Origin: Lingula anatina
Lineage: Eukaryota > Animalia > Brachiopoda
Length of the DNA stretch: 64,000 nucleotides
NCBI GenBank assembly: GCA_051362555.1
Contig: CM120640.1
Coordinates: 23,856,225 to 23,920,224 of the forward strand
Reading direction: 5' to 3'
The translations under genes were made by a program, and so were the position numbers. This document shows positions 1-12,381 of this stretch, one piece after another. How positions within the stretch are numbered: position 1 is the first letter of the stretch; the number at the start of each line of letters is the position of its first letter. The notes beneath the pieces are model-generated. The model did not search any database, was not told the DNA's origin, and worked only from the letters and a program-made list of their open reading frames with translations.

Positions 1-547
1 CCGCGACCCGCTGGAAGTATTGACACAGCTCTTCATTGAATAAATTTACCGACAACCTGTTAGCTGTCACCAGTACATTTCCTCGTTGAATCACTATATA
101 GAGGATTACCTCAACCGCCGTCGGACGTGTTTTATTAATCCCACCACCACCTCAAGGAGTACTGAAATACAAGGAATACATTTCTTGTAGACTACGCCCA
201 CTTGTATTGTGGCCAACAGAATCAACATAATAAAGAGCGCTTCTCGACCTGAACGGTGTACCGCCACAAAACCAGCCGCGGAGGCATGCGGATTGTGGAG
301 AATAACATCAGGGCTCTTAGGAATTCAAACAACTGCGGAATCCAATGAGTGTCATACACTGTATGTCCTAATCATAAAGTATTTATGATTTGGTACCTGG
401 TCGCCCAGGAATATATGGTTATCTTCTATTTAACTGATGGACTGGGACACCCATTCATTCAGCGGCGACATCATTAAATGATAGGGACGGATTGTGTTCA
501 GTGAAGGCGTTCAATACCACCTGACAGATAATAAACGACATCCCACC

Positions 548-1111
548 ATGAAGGCGGTGCAATATTCAGAGAGCGTTTCTGTAGGAAGTCTCCCTGCCTA
601 CGACGAATTCTCGGTAACAGCACAGTGTGACATCAGCGTGAAGAAACGGTTCAATAATGGCGTGAAACTAAACGGGCCCTCGTGGTGCCCAGTGAACTAC
701 AGAGACAAGGTAACCTGTTACATTGACTCAACGAGGCGGAGATATAGGAGCGATGTGTTTTACGAGGCTCGCATCAAACCAAAATCGTTTTCTGACACCG
801 TGTATGTGTTCCCTAAGAACCCTGAGATGTCCTACATCTCCACGTTCACACAACACCCAGACTCCACAAGACGGTGGTACAAGACCTCCGTGGACATGGA
901 CGGTCCGTTTACACCCAACGGTACTCTGATTAGCACCTGGAGACCGGAGGGGTCTCAGAAAGAGGAAAAGGAAGAAGATGATCTGTTTTACAGTCAACGC
1001 CCCATGATGAATGGAGAAATGAACGGTGATATTAACGGTCATGTTGGCTATGGTCGATATGTAAACGGCAATATAGGCAGCAGCAGTTCAGAAGAGGAAA
1101 TCAGTCTGTGA
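548..1111 (+). CDS. Uncharacterised single-exon ORF (187 aa from first ATG)
   Basis: First ATG at 548 in ACCATG context, downstream of an in-frame TAG (482-484). GC content is higher than the flanks. Ends in an acidic/Gly-Asn tail (EEKEEDDL...SSSSEEEISL). No family recognised. Confidence 0.55.
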   Translation: MKAVQYSESVSVGSLPAYDEFSVTAQCDISVKKRFNNGVKLNGPSWCPVNYRDKVTCYIDSTRRRYRSDVFYEARIKPKSFSDTVYVFPKNPEMSYISTFTQHPDSTRRWYKTSVDMDGPFTPNGTLISTWRPEGSQKEEKEEDDLFYSQRPMMNGEMNGDINGHVGYGRYVNGNIGSSSSEEEISL

Positions 1112-4100
1112 GATTGGTACGATAGACATTTGACACACCTATGTCTGTTTTATTTATACACTGTTCATATTTAAACAAGGAAAGAGGATGACAATGTAGG
1201 TTATCTCCGATAAGCCAATTTTATGATTATCGACATGTGACACATGTTATATTAATCCAGATTACACAGAAGGAATACAGCACGTATATATTGACAATGA
1301 TAAGATAACATAACACGAACAAATGATATTACATGATGTCCATAGGCGATCACACACATAGTAACAGTTACTTAGCAGTGACAGGTGGATAAGACTAAAA
1401 GAACACAGATGTAATATTGCCTTGCACATTACCACTACTTAAAATGGTGTAACCAAGCCAAAATAATGAGAGAGTGAAGGAGAGCGAGAGAACATATTTA
1501 GACTACTTATTTTTTTCAAGTAGATTGCATTCACCTATTTTCATCATGCCGGGGAAGTGTTAATATTTTTCACTAGGTAGATATTATTGGATATCACATT
1601 TTGCTATACACAAATGTATAACCATTAGTCAGTATCATTGACCCAATCTATGCCGTTTAAGAACAAATAATGTCTCCTATCAACCTTTAAGGACCTTGGC
1701 ATTTTATTGCCGCGTTGCTCTGATTTAAAACGTAACGATCTTTTCTTTCGAATTATCGATCTGTAAGTTGCAGTCAGATCTGAACAATATATATTTATAT
1801 AAATCCATGTTTGTAATAGAAAAGGCTTGTCTGGTTCTTGCAAAAAGAGGACTCGGGTAGCATTTTTATACAGGTGATATTCAATCTTGTCTTTGTCCAA
1901 ATCCTCCCAAATTTTATGACAACCAAGCACGCGTGAAGACAGCCGAACACGAAAACTACTGGAGCAAGAATTGTACCCACACGCTTTGCTAGTCTTGTTA
2001 CTGATGTTATATAGTAAACACAGAGTCAAGCATGAGCTGCATACGAAGTGGTAATGCCCATTTGTATGCAAACTTATATCAAATAAAGGAAGAATGTAAA
2101 GGGCAATCACACATCGGACGAGGGTCGCTGGTCATAAAAACGAGGAATGCAATAGAATCTCTAACACATATTTTACAGGGAAGTACACGTCGCAGAGTTG
2201 GGGTTTCAAATAGGTGAAGTCGGAATGACCTCGCATGCCCTTTGAAAAATAATATGCAAAGCAGAGAAAAAGTCTGAATGATTGGCCTTACAAAAAAATC
2301 ATTGAAGCATTTGAAAAAATTTCAAAGCATGATAACCAGCATTTAAAAAAATTGTTTATTGTACTGTTCAACACAGGACGATGCGTTGTGTCTCCATAGC
2401 GCGTGGCTAGGCAACGTAGTTGACACAGACAACCTTTGGTTGTATATCACGTAACAGCGATTTAACTGTCAGATTGCCTAATCAGCTACTTGTTCATTAC
2501 CTCAGTTTTGTCAAGGAAACTAATTTATATCGTTTTGTAATCAGGAAAAGCTGAAGAGCTGCTAACATCAGTAACCTTCCTGGTACTTCACGCGGCTGAG
2601 AATGGTTGTTTTTAAACACCGGCACAAAACGAAACATGAATCACTGACATATCGTATATGGAAGTTAAATCGCTTAAATAGAATGTTATCGCGTATTGAG
2701 AACGAATTGATGCAATTTCTTTACTGCGACGCTTTGCTTTGGAGATTAAAGAGATGCTAAAAAGTCTGTTCTGACTACGTGCCCAACTTCAAATATGCTT
2801 GCCAACTAATGTCCCCGGCTAAAACCATTAAACGTTTCCCTGCGGCAATCGCCTGACCCAAAACCTACTGGAATATACATCACCGCAACATGTTGTAAAA
2901 AAGCGAGCGAACAGGCAAGGTATGCCATGACTAATACAGCGCGCGAGATTGCACGGTGGGGATGAGAAATGACGTCCAAGCACGAATACGTGAGAAACCA
3001 TCTTAACCAGAAGATGAAACAGTGATGGAAAAAAAATTATAAAGCGAAGGACATTAATGAGAGAGGAGTCAGAATTGTTGTTTTTTCTTGATTTTATTTA
3101 TCAAAAGCAGACTTAGATTTGGCACTCAGTTTTGGCTTTCAGTGGTTTTAGTGAACTTTGGAGGACATGCCGTCTGTTGATAACTGAAGTGGTATTGTTT
3201 CAGAAAGCAATATTTCTTCCTGTTCGGAAGTTTTGGATGTCTCTTCTCTTTTTTGTGCCGGGGATGCGTGTGGTCTTAACGTACCCTGCAAACTCGACTA
3301 AAAAGAATCTTGAAGAACACGAAGGTTGACTGTTGAGTTAAGTGCATCTTGTGACACAAAATACTTATCATGGAAATCTGAACACCCTCTTTTGACATAA
3401 GTCACGATCCACTTAACTGGATTATTTTGCATTCACAAGTTCAAAAGTGAATGAAAACGGCTTCTGTTCATATGTATCGCACTCTTTCTTGTAAACATTT
3501 CAGCTATACTAATGGAACGTAGTCATAAAGCACCACATATCTTTCTCGTTTAAAAGGATAGCAAATGTTTGTATGAGATTAATATTCCACACATAAATAG
3601 CATTATAAACAAATAATAAGAATATAATAAACTCAATTTTACAACCAAAACAGCTGTTATCCGCAATTATTCTGGATTCTGTACTTGTTATCAGACCACG
3701 TGGACTTTCTTAGATGGCTATACCTCGGTAATAATCTCTTTAGAGGCTATTTAAAAAAAAACTTCCAAAAAAATTAACTAACTTTGAAAGTCGGAATGAA
3801 TTCATTAAACATTGGTAAGTATGGTAAAATCGTTTTTCTTTTTTTCCCAAAACGAACAGTTGTTATCCCTTCAGTAAAATAGGTATAGCAGACCTGTGGC
3901 AATTTGCGTCAATTTTAGGATTTCTGCGCGTTTGTGCATACCGAATTTTTTCAGAAAAACAGAATATTATTCGGATAAAATTAAAAGATGTCTTATGAGG
4001 CAATCTTTATGTCCCCTCGGATGTTTAAACGAAAGAGGGGGGTAGTATTCAAGCAACGCAACAGCTTTCTCTGTATAATTTTACACCTTTTCCTTTGGGG

Positions 4101-5298
4101 ACACTGGAGTAACGTTGGTGCCAAACGCTAATAAATAGTAAGAAGCAAATATCACGACCACACAGCAATTCTGTGCAAAATGGTGCATTTAGGAAAATAT
4201 ATTCCATTGAAATAAACATTTTTTCTATAAGAACAAATGGACTGTTTTGTTTGCACACATTTCTTAAAATTTTACAATTCTGTGCATGACAAATCGGCAG
4301 ATATTGCACTGCTTGGCCCTGAAGACAAGGGGTTCGATGTTGCGATAGGTGTGACAAAGACTCGCCTTTTGCACACCCAATTGTGATGCGTTGTTCTTTC
4401 ACGGGCATATTCAACTGGTCAAAAAGGCGTTTCCATTTGATAATCATGATTCATCTTACACTGACTTTCAATGAAACCAACCGAACAAATTATGTAGTAT
4501 TTAATATTTATTTGATTATAAAAATATATTGGCAAGAAGTGTATCTCATCAAACATTTGTCATATCAACCTTTGCACTCTGCACACAAATTCACATACAA
4601 ATATGGCATTATTGAGCATTTAAAATGGTTTACGAATTCAAATTTGAAGTTCAAAATTTCCATATCATTTGTTTTAAATTACTTTTAAGATATGAATTTA
4701 ATGAATGTATGATTGGTACCTAAACTAATAGCTAAATTATGGAGTTCATTAACATAAAATTACTTTGGTATTCAAGAGGTGAAGGGTAGGCAGAGTTACA
4801 GTGAAGACATCAACAATGAGATATATCAATTTGATTTAACTCCAAAATGATAACTAACAGTCATTTGGAAGAAGTAAGCGGTATCCTAACTGGCACAAGT
4901 GACTATACAGACTGCAACCTTAATGCCTTTATGTGTGAGGTGAGCTTTTGATCATAGCGAAAAAAGTGAGATTTGAAAAACCTGACTGAGGTAGAAAACA
5001 TATCAAAATGTTAAGCAATCACAGTTTCCTTTCAAAAGGCATTATGATGTGTTACTGACACTTAATATTTGGATAAAACAACATAGTTCAGGAAAGTTCA
5101 ACTTGCACTGGTGGAGGGTAACATGAGCATATCAAATAAATCCTGAAAAAGAGTTATACATGCATAACGATTCCAATACTTAACTTAAAAAGAATTACAG
5201 ATAGTAGGTAGAATAAAATGAACCCCCCAACAACATGCCCCTACTGACACCTCTCTGGAACAGCCTTGATACACTTGGTATAGAATTTAAGAAATTAT

Positions 5299-8200
5299 CT
5301 AGTAGTTCACCAGCAGTTCAGAATATCTGTTCTTAGCACCTATGTTTGGCAGACCTGTCTTAATCAGGTCAGGTATTAGATTGTTATTAGGAGCAACATC
5401 TGTCCTCTCTTTTGCTGATCCAACAACGCTACAATTAGCACTACTCGAACAGGACAGCCTCACTCCCTGGGCCTGAGCAGCCTTGAGATATCTTTTCCTC
5501 CTGTTTATTTTATAATACTTCATTCTTTCTTCTTCAAGTTCTGGGTCATTTAATTGATAATCCCATCTTATGCTTTCATCGAAATCCTGCCTGAGCATCA
5601 GTGCCTCCAACTCATTTTTCGGAGGTGAGTGTTCGCGTTTATTTGAATTTGAACGACTACTGCTACGGCTTACTGATAAAGAGGCACTTGACACTGACTG
5701 TGCCAGAAAGTCTATATCATTTCTGTTGCCTGTAATATTCTGTTCATCTGAGCTGATGTCTTGGTGGGAATTAGATATCATACTGACCAGGGCCCCGCTG
5801 TGGATTGCACTAGGAAGACGAGTTTGAGACCCTGCCGAAAGACCAGCTGGCGACTTTTTCTTTGACCTTTTGTTGCTCTGTTTTAACCTTGGTGGTTTTT
5901 GCTTTTTGTTTCTTTGTGTTGAAGAGTCAGAGTCTACACCTAAAGGATAGAATCATAAACTTGTATTTAAAATCACACTCACAACACCAACAGAACATTA
6001 TCAGTAAACTTAGCCCTTACAGTGATCTAAACGTGAAGAACAAGTGAAGCTGCCTCAAATGGTAGTTAACGATATGGAATGGTATTGATAAAATTACACA
6101 CGCAATGCAAAACTAAGTGAAATTACTTGTAGCTTAAGAGCTGTATGCATCTGCACTAAAAGATCCTAAAAAAGAGGCCTTTGAAAATTGATAAGGACAT
6201 CAGTCAAAAGAAAAGATTTATTCATGAAAAGTATAAATCACCCACATTAATGTAAGGACTAAGCAAAGAGAAGTGAATTAAAGGAACATTTATAAACAAT
6301 GATTATGTCAACCTTGTGGCTGCAGGTCATTTGGATAATGATAAGAACTGTTTAGTCTGTTTTTCAATACTTAATCTAAACTAGAGGATCAGAGAGGCGA
6401 TACCGCCTCCGAATATTGTACCACCAGCCGGAGTAAGCGCGATCGTATAGGCCCCCCCCCCACAAAAAAGGGACACCACCACCAGTCTTGTGCTTGACAA
6501 GCTGTAAAAAATGCAATCAACAAGAATTCTCAAAATATGCAAAAAATATATATAACTAAAATGGTACAATCAAAGTTCAGTTCATCGTACGGTAGGTCAA
6601 AGGTCAATTTCAAGGTCACAGTAAATTTCCAGTATATATAACTTCCTATTCAAGTTCAACAGTAACTATGGACCTATCTCTGCCAGTTTTGGAGATAAAA
6701 GGGAACAAAAATTTGTAAAGTTCAATTCATGATAAAAAGTAGGTCAAAGGTCAATTTCAAGGTCACACTTGCGTTGCCAGTATATGACTTCCTATTCAAA
6801 TTCAACAGTAACTATGGGCGTATCTCTGCTAGTTTTGGAGATAAAAGGGAACAGTACATGGTTAAAAGTAGGTCAAAGGTCAATTTTAAGGTCACAGTAA
6901 ATTGGCTCTAATGACTTTCTATTCAAATTCAATAGTAACTATGGGCGTATCTCTGCCAGTTTTGAAAAAAAAAGCATTAAAAAGTTGCAAAGTGTAGTTT
7001 ATGGTGTTAAGTAGGTCAAAGGTCAATTTCAAGGTCAGAGTAAGATTTCAAGTATATGACTTCCTGTTCAACTTCAATAGTAACTATGGACCTATCTCTG
7101 CCAGGTTTGGAGATAAAAGGGAACAAAATTTGCAAATGTCAGTTCATGGTTAAAAGTATGTCAAAGGTCAATTTGAAGGTCACAGTTAATTGCCTCTTAT
7201 GACTTTCTATTCAAATTCAATAGTAACTATGGGCGTATCTCTGCCAGATTTGAAAATAAAAGCATTAAAAAGGTGCAAAGTTTAGTTTATGGTGTAAAGT
7301 AGGTCAAAGGTCAATTTCAAGGTCAGAGTAAGATTACCAGTATATGACTTCCTATTCAAGTTCAATAGTAACTATGGACCTATCTCTGCTAGTTTTGGAG
7401 ATAAAAGGGAACAAAATTTGCAAAGTTCAATTCATGATGAAAAGTGGGACAAAGGTCAATTTCAAGGTCACATTTAGATTGCCAGTATATGACTTCCTGT
7501 TCAACTTCAATAGTAACTATGGACCTATCTCTGCCAGGTTTGGAGATAAAAGGGAACAAAATTTGCAAATGTCAGTTCATGGTTAAAAGTATGTCAAAGG
7601 TCAATTTTAAGGTCACAGTAAATTGGCTGTAATGACTTTCTATTCAAATTCAATAGTAACTATGGGCGTATCTCTGCCAGTTTTGAAAAAAAAAAGCATT
7701 AAAAAGTTGCAAAGTTCAGTTTATGCTGTTAAGTAGGTCAAAAGTCAATTTCAAGGTCAGAGTAAGATTACAAGTATATGACTTCCTGTTCAACTTCAAT
7801 AGTAACTATGGACCTATCTCTGCCAGTTTTGGAGATAAAAGGGTACAAAAATTTGCAAAGTTCAATTCATGATGAAAAGTAGGTCAAAGGTCAATTTCAA
7901 GGTCACACTTACGTTGCCAGTATATGACTTCCTATTCAAATTCAATATTAACTATGGACCTATCTCTGCCAGTTTTGGACATATAAGGGACTAAATGTTA
8001 TAATTTTGGAGTTACAATAATGTGCCATAAATTTCCTACAGAAAAAATTAATTACAAAAAAGAAAAGGTCATTTTGGTTGCAATTCTTGAAATGGGAGGT
8101 GCTCAGAAGTTCCAGATGTTCAAATTTCATGAAATAATGTCATTTTTGACCAGAAATTGTCTGCCTTGCCAAGCCTTATGTTTTATTTTCCCAGGGTTCA

Positions 8201-11200
8201 AAATTTATTATCCATTACCGTACTGCACATTTTGCTTTCACCACCAATATGTACTTTTTGATACAGCGTAACTCGAAAACCGTATGGAATACAAAAAAAC
8301 GGAAACCACCTCCAGTGTTGGGCTTTACATGCTCTACAAAATGCAAAAAAGAATGGGTCTCTAGCATTAACGGTTCCTGAATTAGAGAAGTTTTCAGTTT
8401 CGGTATCTTATGGCTGCTGCTCCCGTGAAAATGCACCGATTGACCCCAAATTCACGGAGATGAAAGATGACCCGAAGGGCAACACTTTCCAATAATATTA
8501 TTGGTTAAGTCTGTGTAGTGTCTGAATAACAGCGCAAATAATTTTTTTTTCGTAAAAAATTTCAATTTTTTGAAAATTTTGGCCCGTTTGACCTTGAAAT
8601 AAAGGTCAAAGGTCAAATCCAAGGGCATATTTGAAATCTACACATATGACTTTTGGAAAGCCGTCTGTAGAAATTTTTCCCATAATTCCTTCCGAAGGGT
8701 AGATAATTAGCATTTAATTTTGCCATTTTTGGACAAGGGTGCATTGCAATGAGTGCCACACCTAGACCCCAATTCCGACAAAGCCCAAATTTTACGTGGA
8801 ACGAGTTGAGATTATAGGTGACCTAAATCCCAGAGGTGGGTACAGAGGCACTTACCGTCTAGGAGGAGAAGCGGTAACGGTGAGATGGCGGCGGAGCCAG
8901 AGGAGCCGGCGGAGCCGCAGGAGCCGGCGGAACATGCGGGTCGGGACTAAAACCATGTGTACCGCCAGCGCCTACGCTGGTGGTACAATAAAAAGGCAAA
9001 AATAAATGTTTTAACATCTTTTTGTGACTTTTCAACACTTAAAAAACTTGAAAAGTCACAATATGCATATATTAAATATAAATCGGCCATCTTTTACCTT
9101 ATCTTTTAAATGTTGCTTATGACTTCAATAATGTAGGATGAACAAATTGCAATATCACATGAGCAAACAGCCTGGAAGCGTATCTTAAAGGGATAATAAC
9201 TCTTCGTTTCGGCCAAAAAATGAATTTTCCTGGAGTAAACAACAATTTTCCCATACTTACCAATGGTTAATGAAACCATTTTTACATTCAAAGTTAGTCC
9301 CTGGTTTTTTTCTAAAAAGTTTGGTTTTTTGTTAAAATCTCTTAAGAGATTTTAACAGAGTATAGCCATCAATGGAGGTCACGTGGTCTAAAGACAAGCT
9401 CAGATATCAGAAAAAAAGCTATAACTGCCATTTTTGTGGTAAAACTGAATATATTATATTTCTAAGAGTTATTCACAATGTTTTTATTGTGAAATATAGA
9501 TCTCATACGAAGAGTTATTATCCCTTTAAGCATTATGTGCTAAAAAAGGAATTAAATCAATAGTAAGGTAGGCAATGTTATACAACACAACTTACACAAG
9601 GCATTAATTCAATAAAAGGGAAGTTGCCAGGAGGAATCACTTCTTTTCTCACAAAGTCTATTTTTTACTCCTGTCAACTCTTTTTCCCCAAGAGGCTTCT
9701 TTTTACAAAAAAGATCAAACGTTTTCTTACAGTGGTCAGACTTCTCATCAATGCCCTTTCCACCCTAGCAGTTGCATTACTTTCACAAAGTTTACCGATC
9801 TAAAGCTCAAAGTTGTTAAATGGAAGTTAATATTTCTAGTCTTGTGAGCACCATGAAGAAAATCATAAAAGCTTTTCAAAACAATATTTTCCTTCACTGT
9901 GTTACACTGGAGCTTTGAATAACAGCCCCACAATGTACATTGTTGTATATCCCTCACTGTCAACTTTACTTAGCGCTGAAGGCACAATACATATCCAAAC
10001 AACGGCTTCGCTTCTACTGCAGGTGGAAAACGTTGGCATTATTAAAATATTATGTAGCACATATTGCACAAGTCATGCCCTGATCCTGGAGAGAAAGGGT
10101 ATTAAAATCAAGAGCAGCATATTGTATTGTCATTTGGCAAATATTTGCAGCCCTGTATTGAGTTTCTCACAACTATTTCTTTGCCGATCAACTATGCATT
10201 TTCAAAGAACTGACTTAGCAACACTCTTTATTAAGAACTTAAAACTGTTAATGACACAGTTATGACCATGAAACCAACTGACCTTTCTCAGTTTAAACTA
10301 TTGCCATACAGTTGTAACAATTGTTTTAGCAACCAACTGGTGTGGCCTAAATACTTTATTTCAACCTGCTTGTGGCATAAACAATTTCCATCAAATGGAA
10401 TTCAGGCTGTGCTTTTTAAAATTTTTCTCCTGTATCTGCATTTTAAAAGGAAGTGCTGATGAATAAAAAATTACTTCAAATAATTTTAAAGCATATGCTG
10501 TAGAATTCAATTTTTCTCTGTATTTAAAATTTCACTTTTTATATTGCAAAAATAGTAGGTACAAAATCTAGGCTTACTTTATACTCTTTAAAATTTACAT
10601 TTAGATAGTTTTTAAAAAGTTACAATCTTAACAATTCTAATCAAAGAGAGCAGTCATGAATCTTAGGCTCTATTCCCATAGATTTTAGATCGATCTATCC
10701 CCGCGGGGAGTCTCACTAGATTACTTTCAGATAATCCGACTTAAATGTCCGTCCCGCCTACTACAAGCTGTAAGGGGGTAATTAACTTTCGTGTCCGCCC
10801 GGCTGACAGCTATTTAGCGTAAACCCCCAGGGAGTTAGGTCGATCTAAAGTAGGTCGATCTAATCTATGGAAATGGGGTGTTATAAATAGCTCTCCTAAA
10901 GGCCAGTTTGGGCAGGTGGAATACAAAACCTTGAAAGAAGATGAAGACATAGAAAAACATTTGAAGGTTAAAATATTGGCAATTTAATGCTTGAAGCAGC
11001 AGTATTCAGTCTGGTGAACATATACAGGGGAAGTATTAAATGCCTACTACCAGTTCCTTCTCTTAGCCTGACAATGCATCCAATATAAGTTCCTACAATA
11101 CGAAGTATTTCAGAACCACAATCAGGATGGATTAAGAACCCTTCCCACAAAAATATTAAACCTCTAGTATTAACTGTCAGGGATTGTTAAGTTATTACAG

Positions 11201-11842
11201 TGACTACAGCAGGTGTAAAAAAAATGGAACATATTGCACATCACATCATAGCCTAACATGTTTATAATGAAAAAAAATATGCAAAAATTTTAAAAAATTT
11301 GTTTTATGGCAAAAAAGTACTAGGAATGCAAAACGATGTGAAGAATGTGTCAGAGAGAACAGAGCCCAAATTTCCCTTCTTTCATTCTTTTTTCTTTCTT
11401 TCCTTTGAACAAAAAAAAATTATAACTGAATTCTATGAACAAAAGAAGTTTTGTTGTCACTAAGAGTTCTTCTAGTGAAATGAATTATTAGAAATACTAA
11501 TTTAAGAATGCATGATTTAGGATAAAAAAATAAGCATTTATTTTGAATTAAATCATAAATGAAAGAATTACAGGCGAGAGAGAGAGAGAGAGAGAGAATC
11601 AAACAAACACGATGCTATAAAACTCTATATATTTAACGACATATGCGATCATTACCTTCATGCAGGATATCAGAGTCGCAGACATCTGGACTTGACGGAT
11701 CTGACACCAGTCCACTGCGACGGGAAGAATTCGTGGATCGTGGTTTGACGGAGAGCTTTTTGGGCTTCCTTTGGCTCTTCTTCAGTCGGTCAGTCACCAC
11801 TCTTTTCTTTCCACTGCGTTTTGTGCTTGTCCTACCATCCAT
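5299..11842 (-). CDS. LIAT1: LIAT1-like protein (ligand of arginyltransferase ATE1), 2 coding exons, ~275 aa
   Basis: Exons 11842-11656 (MDGRTSTKRSGKK...LHEG; donor GAAG|GTAATG) and 5939-5299 (acceptor TTTAG|GT) join in phase 1 with no stop. ESIRWDYQLNDPELEEERMKYYKINRRKRY matches the Liat1 domain (ESLRW...DP..EEER...YK.NRRKRY). The N-terminus is Lys/Ser-rich and low-complexity. Confidence 0.75.
6381..8991 (-). mobile_element. Helentron-associated non-autonomous element (HINE/DINE-like) in the LIAT1 intron
   Basis: Subterminal inverted repeats TATTGTACCACCAGC (~6413-6427) and GCTGGTGGTACAATA (~8976-8990). Hairpin GAGGCGATACCGCCTC next to a terminal CTAG at 6381. Short inverted repeat beside the other subTIR, (CGGAGCCGG)-like micro-repeat at ~8890-8930, and a central tandem array. 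A homologous copy lies in the opposite orientation at 32360-33838. Confidence 0.8.
6590..7990. repeat. ~145-bp tandem array (~10 monomers, alternating variants) inside the HINE
   Basis: AGGTCAAAGGTCAATTTCAAGGTCA or close variants recur at 6594, 6741, 6870, 7013, 7158, 7301, 7446, 7591, 7735 and 7881. Spacing is 143-147 bp except for one of 129 bp. Confidence 0.95.
9189..9525. mobile_element. MITE with TTAA target duplication (Kolobok-like AG...CT termini)
   Basis: TTAA|AGGGATAATAACTCTTCGT...ACGAAGAGTTATTATCCCT|TTAA: a 19-bp perfect TIR. Confidence 0.8.
10666..10880. mobile_element. MITE family A (PIF/Harbinger-Tourist-like, TTA TSD), copy 1
   Basis: TTA|GGCTCTATTCCCATAGA...TCTATGGAAATGGGGTG|TTA. 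The internal sequence matches 36438-36652 in reverse and is related to 24794-25041 and 50586-50825. Confidence 0.75.
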
Positions 11843-12381
11843 TGCCACTACATGTTCTACAACAGAACAGAAACACACCTAATCCATAAAAACATACACA
11901 TGTGCATGGGCAGCGGAGTTGCATCCATGCAACACTACGCAGCACTGCTATGATAAACAAAAATTTGTGAACTAAAATAGAAAATATAGTTCCAGGACTG
12001 GGCGCCACTAAGTATTTAAAAACAATCAAACTTTCTATAGTAAAAACAACTAAGCAATCTTAATAGAACTGGAAAGAAAGTTAATCTACATTTTTGAAGT
12101 AATAAAGGAAAATTAAAGCTTTCGATCAACACTCCTACGGCGCAAGAATACAACATCATTCAATGCTTCTGGTTCAGGAGTAATGAACATCAACACATCT
12201 GTTTTGTATGACTGGCCAAGATATCGGCAGCAACGCAGTGTGTTGCCAACTAAATGGTATGGTTTGAAAATCAAGCTATTTTCTATATTAAAAACATGAG
12301 GAAATTGTTAATCGAATCAAGTTAAAATATCTTGTCTTGGATAAATGTCCTATCATATTACTACTGCACTCATCAACAACG

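Noticed and set aside
2860-2990. Faint resemblance of a minus-strand peptide to the first transmembrane region of DEG/ENaC channels
   Set aside because: No HG motif, Cys-rich ectodomain or GxS filter is visible; too weak to name.
4049-4688. 132-aa and 101-aa ORFs, and similar ones at 9915, 15387, 34791 and 45050
   Set aside because: Low-complexity translations of AT-rich DNA, mostly with non-ATG starts, and with no motifs or splice support.
6590-7990. Regularly spaced repeats superficially like a CRISPR array, with several short ORFs
   Set aside because: Whole monomers repeat, with no unique spacers. The context is eukaryotic with no cas genes, and the ORFs are translations of the satellite.
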